IMG/VR virus record: IMGVR_UViG_3300034170_000057
Source of the DNA: a virus
Lineage: Duplodnaviria; Caudoviricetes
Reading direction: 5' to 3' (one strand)
DNA length: 64,000 bases
The position numbers and the translations under genes are program-made. Within the stretch, counting starts at the first letter, position 1; the number at the start of each line of letters is the position of its first letter. The notes beneath the pieces were generated by a model that was given only the letters and a program-made list of their open reading frames with translations, was not told the DNA's origin and searched no databases. Below are positions 61,101 to 64,000 of the stretch, in pieces.

Positions 61101-64000
61101 CACCGGGTGAAAAATTCCTGAGTGATCTTGCGGTTAACGCGCCACCGAACACGATTTTTATCAGTTCGATGACTTTCATTCAGGGCCGGAACACTCGCGT
61201 TTGTATCGGTAATGCGCAGGTTAACTTCTCGCAAAACCTTGAGCTGGTCCGTCGCCTCGGTTGCAACTATGTGGCAATCGACGAATCGCACAACCTGAAA
61301 TCTTTCAAATCTGCGCGTCACCGTGCGGTAAAAATTCTGACCTCCTCGACCACCGTCAAATGGCTGCGCCTGCTGACTGGTACGATCATGCCAGACCGTG
61401 CGAAAGATATCGAAGGGCAAATCGCGTTGAAAGCACCGCACGTTTTCCGTGCTGGTGATATCGCGAATATCAAGCCCGATCAGGAAGCGGAAAAAGACAG
61501 CGGCCAAGTGAAAATTGGTGATCGCATCATTACCACTTTTACACCGTTGAACGGTAAACGTGCGGTCGATAAACTCGGTCACTATATTTCGTTTATCGTG
61601 AAAGAGAAAAAAGACTGGGCCTACATGCTGCCGTCCGCAATCGAACGTTTTCACCCGGTTCCAATGGTGGACTATGAGGGTTCCGACGGTACGAGCGCGG
61701 TAGAAATCGAACAGCAAAAACTGCACGAACAGCTTTATCGTTTGGTACTCGACCGCACGTTGGAAGAAATGGAACCTTTGCTGCGCCAGAAAGCGAAAGC
61801 TGAAAAGCTCGCAGATAAAGGCGACGGCGACGACGAAGAGGACGAAGACGATAGCGACGGTAAAGGGCCGGATACCACCGATAACGACGCTGACTTTGCT
61901 GGCGACAAAATCAAACAGAAATTGTGGGAGAAAAACATCGCGCGTTTTGAACGCCTGATTATCTGCCCGCAGGAAGACGAAGCCTACGACGAAGTTTTCG
62001 GCTCGATGGGTGAAGGTTTTGTTTCGCGAAAAGCGAAGTACATCGCGAACCTGACTGCGCAACACTTTAACCCGCAGAAATGGAAACGTGGCGAGCGTTA
62101 TATCGAACTCGACCTCGTTGATTTCGAAGGTCAGCTGTACGTCGCACGAAAATATAATCCGGGCGAAACTCGTGTTGCAATTCCGGATGGTGCGAAGGGC
62201 AAAACCCCAGTCGAGGCTCCAGATTATTGGAAGCCGGAACCAAAGGGCAAGCTGATCATTATCACGCGTTACAACGCAAGCGCACGCGCAATTTACGAAG
62301 CGCTGCCGTCGAACTACCAGTCGATGGCTGTGAAATTCACCGGTGATGAACCGGATCGCGTGAAGGCTTTCAACGATTTCAAAACTGATGATCGCGTACA
62401 AATTCTGATCGCGAACGAACAAGGCATGTCCGAAGGCCATAACCTTCAATTGGCAAGCCGGATGATTCGTGCGGAAGCCCCGTGGGGGCCGGGTGCATTG
62501 GCTCAAACTGCTGCGCGTGTATGGCGTCCTGATGCGAAGGGTGCAATTGCAGCGGCGAAGGGTGAAGGCGGTCTGACCCGTGACGTGGTTTATCTGGATT
62601 GGGTACTCGCTGACAACACTATGGAAGTGCCGAAATTGGCGCGTGTTATTTCCAAGACTTTTGGTGTTGCACGAATCACCGAAGCATCGAATCCGTTGTA
62701 TCAGGAATTGTTGGCTTCCGTGGTTGTTCCAACGGAAAAAGAAGACGCACGTTTGTCGCTTAGCGTGGATATGCTCGCTTCCACTGCTGGCCTCGACGAC
62801 GAACCTTTTAACGAAATGGAAGACGCGTATCGTCGCCTCAACGCCGTCGAATCGAAAGAGTTCGCAGAAATGCGCAACACGATGAAAGCGGATATGTTGC
62901 CGATTGAAGGCGCTCCAAATCTGGAAGGCTCGGCGCGTATGGAACTTGTTCCTTTCGTTGCGAACCAGCCAATCCCCGACCAAAACAATTGGGGCCTGTT
63001 GAACGTCGAAGTTCTGATGCGTGACGCGGAACTGTTGAAAAACTATCGCGAAACTCTTCGCACTAAACCGGTTGTTACGGAATGGGGCACAGGGCGTATC
63101 GTTGGGTTCAACACTCGTGGCGGTAAGCTGTCGAGTTTGATTGTGAACTTGAAAAACCCACCATCCGGTATGGCTGGGCGTATCACCATTCAAACGAACA
63201 TGGCCTACATTGCACAACGCAATATCACGCCTGAGCAAGAAGCACGTTTCTTTGAAGTGTCGCTCGCTGGTACGGATACCGAAGAAAAACGCACAGCCTC
63301 TCGCCAAAAACGTTTGGAGGATCAGCAGAAGAAACAAGCTGAAGCCGAAGACCGTGAAGCACGGATCAAGAAAAGTCAGGAAACCGACAAGATCCGCGTT
63401 ATCAAGAAAGAGGCGAAAGACGGCGCGGTTCGCGAAGACAACGAGAAAAAAGGTCGCCCAATCAACGAGGGTATTTACGATACTGGCGGTACGGTGAAAA
63501 TCGGCGGGGGCAAGAAACTCAAAGCCACCGACAACCCGAAAGTCGGCGTCGTTGTGGAACAGGAAGAATTCCCGGAAGAGGCAGCAGAGGTTCCGGAAGT
63601 TTCGCTGTATCCTGCCTACTACCACGGGTTCGCAACACTGGAAGCAATTCCAGAAGGTGGCGATCCGCAGTTGAAGAAAGCTGGCTTCCAATTTACTCCG
63701 GCCTTCGCGTATATCAACGTTTCGAACAAGAAGAAATTCCACGCGATCTACGATTGGGTTTACGAAAACTTCGAAGTGAACGACAAATTGAACGACTTGT
63801 TTATGTCGATCAACAACGCGTTCGACGAAGGTCAGAAAAATACCCACAAGTTGTGGTATCGCTTGGAACTGGCACCGGTTTCTGAATTGCCAGCGTTCTT
63901 CAGCGTGCAGAAACGCATGAGCAGTAATCGTCGGGCCATTCGCGTGTTCCCGATCTTTACCGAAGAACACGTGATGTTGTGCGTGGACTTGCGGACTAAC
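58139..64000 (+). CDS. giant SNF2-family ATPase/helicase (at least 1954 aa, partial; runs off window end)
   Basis: Hand-translated open frame from ATG 58139; FPHQ, LAPGGGKT (60887), ICPNGLINTW, IDESH, LTGT, EGHNLQ, AQTAARVWR. Confidence 0.9.
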   Translation, partial: MNRAMWKQNPIADVLRKKRLELQQQDELAEQLAAYARANGEDDDENDDENDDGDDSSEFVKSIRTISLEPARNMEYESFFYPKKERNFLVPILESLSDVTANINLFFRFMRLCMQSANQLSQYSEEQVEARISSIFVQIFQSKRTSSSVEQDVVAFLRASRRTAHSFHNVYRSKRYNEGLDIVLMGAGADPEKEGLPAPYFGVEDFKLGRSEYLESNNTHPMTDFARRGKWQSPIGERIIAAAREIHMFLWGTVASSERMIHRGIPLNTKFSDIERIWVKNTGLKLPTAGELITDMVVSNPFAEQFLQIEVIKQPSQAVKTFTEKVRNTRPAFNEQQLSPTAINSKIEDALNGANPKISPESELLNVTLRASIRFTLESDVAHFVSQTPESARPSLTRTNSWFSLYIAQVLRAKVSGTGKAYKVTNTSAIRMEHIPRYATSASTLKRVPALREQFGYVVEKTKGNAENMFITPQGTMAVRPSIDALQKTTLAEDFEKTSEELLELLSRNEIPLAAFQDDYRAEKWPWVDAQDLERMQELVKALDNFAGCSLGFDWDFGINIQATSTPGRTITSTSVGSVTPDSLAIADWLGFNLANEGEKPMKRSFSQSMYTLSHGEHTAWAYKRAEELYGAADDHLKFAKSGLVTNLVNLYMRIAYVDNKAPQLPELLAGAMRALNYQKLPTEQGFDFSQDYTKYLTQEGTLIDRHKGNVRGIILGLLETAMDMASGAQGTHLWNETFENLRNGDKTPRASEVSLELENHPDYFNSTISTAAEFARLYRYFGGQVFKQILDAINSVEIEHFANAKGGEQIVELGEMPDSPGRQYSISLTLQPNATLYKDVLPFAVMLGKYAPNSETIFAEAAEQVESIKPDPSFSSDDIKFPGMIGEDRAIFPHQEDVQSSLRKKNPPNFAILALAPGGGKTGQGIIDIACLMADMKEAGLVVRPLVICPNGLINTWCEEMKYFQGANWNAFPISSDVLSRWTAKNAPGEKFLSDLAVNAPPNTIFISSMTFIQGRNTRVCIGNAQVNFSQNLELVRRLGCNYVAIDESHNLKSFKSARHRAVKILTSSTTVKWLRLLTGTIMPDRAKDIEGQIALKAPHVFRAGDIANIKPDQEAEKDSGQVKIGDRIITTFTPLNGKRAVDKLGHYISFIVKEKKDWAYMLPSAIERFHPVPMVDYEGSDGTSAVEIEQQKLHEQLYRLVLDRTLEEMEPLLRQKAKAEKLADKGDGDDEEDEDDSDGKGPDTTDNDADFAGDKIKQKLWEKNIARFERLIICPQEDEAYDEVFGSMGEGFVSRKAKYIANLTAQHFNPQKWKRGERYIELDLVDFEGQLYVARKYNPGETRVAIPDGAKGKTPVEAPDYWKPEPKGKLIIITRYNASARAIYEALPSNYQSMAVKFTGDEPDRVKAFNDFKTDDRVQILIANEQGMSEGHNLQLASRMIRAEAPWGPGALAQTAARVWRPDAKGAIAAAKGEGGLTRDVVYLDWVLADNTMEVPKLARVISKTFGVARITEASNPLYQELLASVVVPTEKEDARLSLSVDMLASTAGLDDEPFNEMEDAYRRLNAVESKEFAEMRNTMKADMLPIEGAPNLEGSARMELVPFVANQPIPDQNNWGLLNVEVLMRDAELLKNYRETLRTKPVVTEWGTGRIVGFNTRGGKLSSLIVNLKNPPSGMAGRITIQTNMAYIAQRNITPEQEARFFEVSLAGTDTEEKRTASRQKRLEDQQKKQAEAEDREARIKKSQETDKIRVIKKEAKDGAVREDNEKKGRPINEGIYDTGGTVKIGGGKKLKATDNPKVGVVVEQEEFPEEAAEVPEVSLYPAYYHGFATLEAIPEGGDPQLKKAGFQFTPAFAYINVSNKKKFHAIYDWVYENFEVNDKLNDLFMSINNAFDEGQKNTHKLWYRLELAPVSELPAFFSVQKRMSSNRRAIRVFPIFTEEHVMLCVDLRTN

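Noticed and set aside
57983-63970. 784-aa and 1188-aa minus-strand ORFs
   Set aside because: Antisense shadows of the SNF2 gene in the same codon register; the helicase motifs are on the plus strand
1-64000. Bacterial chromosome, prophage or eukaryotic giant virus origin
   Set aside because: No host housekeeping operons or integrase; Shine-Dalgarno sites, intrinsic terminators and DnaG/DnaX-like genes point to a lytic bacteriophage despite the NLS-like and AT-hook features

Overview
This window looks like a 64-kb segment of a lytic jumbo myophage genome: about 85 densely packed genes, many ATGA-type overlaps, no host housekeeping operons. I found no tRNA, rRNA or CRISPR array. Gene content and moderate GC recall Lu11/PaBG/RSL1-type phages of Pseudomonas/Ralstonia, but that is an unverified inference. 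Genes run minus 1-23.0 kb, plus 23.1-24.8 kb, minus 24.9-27.2 kb, then plus to the end. Recognisable replication/recombination genes: 5'-3' flap exonuclease, type IIA topoisomerase A and B subunits, Cas4-like PD-(D/E)xK nuclease, DnaG-type primase, RuvC-like resolvase, DnaX-like clamp loader, SbcC/SbcD, an HNH nuclease, and a >1950-aa SNF2 ATPase that runs off the window end and is missing from the ORF track. Main unusual signals: (1) a LAGLIDADG intein inserted inside the CxC of a SWIM zinc finger; (2) a gene-oriented 10-mer ACTGTAAATA (11 exact copies), a likely phage promoter; (3) a chromatin-like set of H1/AlgP-like, AT-hook and poly-Glu proteins, plus poly-Lys tags on many DNA enzymes; (4) several apparently catalytically eroded enzymes (LigA-like, MTase-like, HD-like); (5) small genes that seem to carry isolated fragments of sheath, portal, tube and capsid proteins, mostly in an island between sbcC and sbcD; (6) a ~560-bp non-coding element rich in GNA mini-hairpins and G-tracts. 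All family assignments come from motif recognition by eye; no searches were run.
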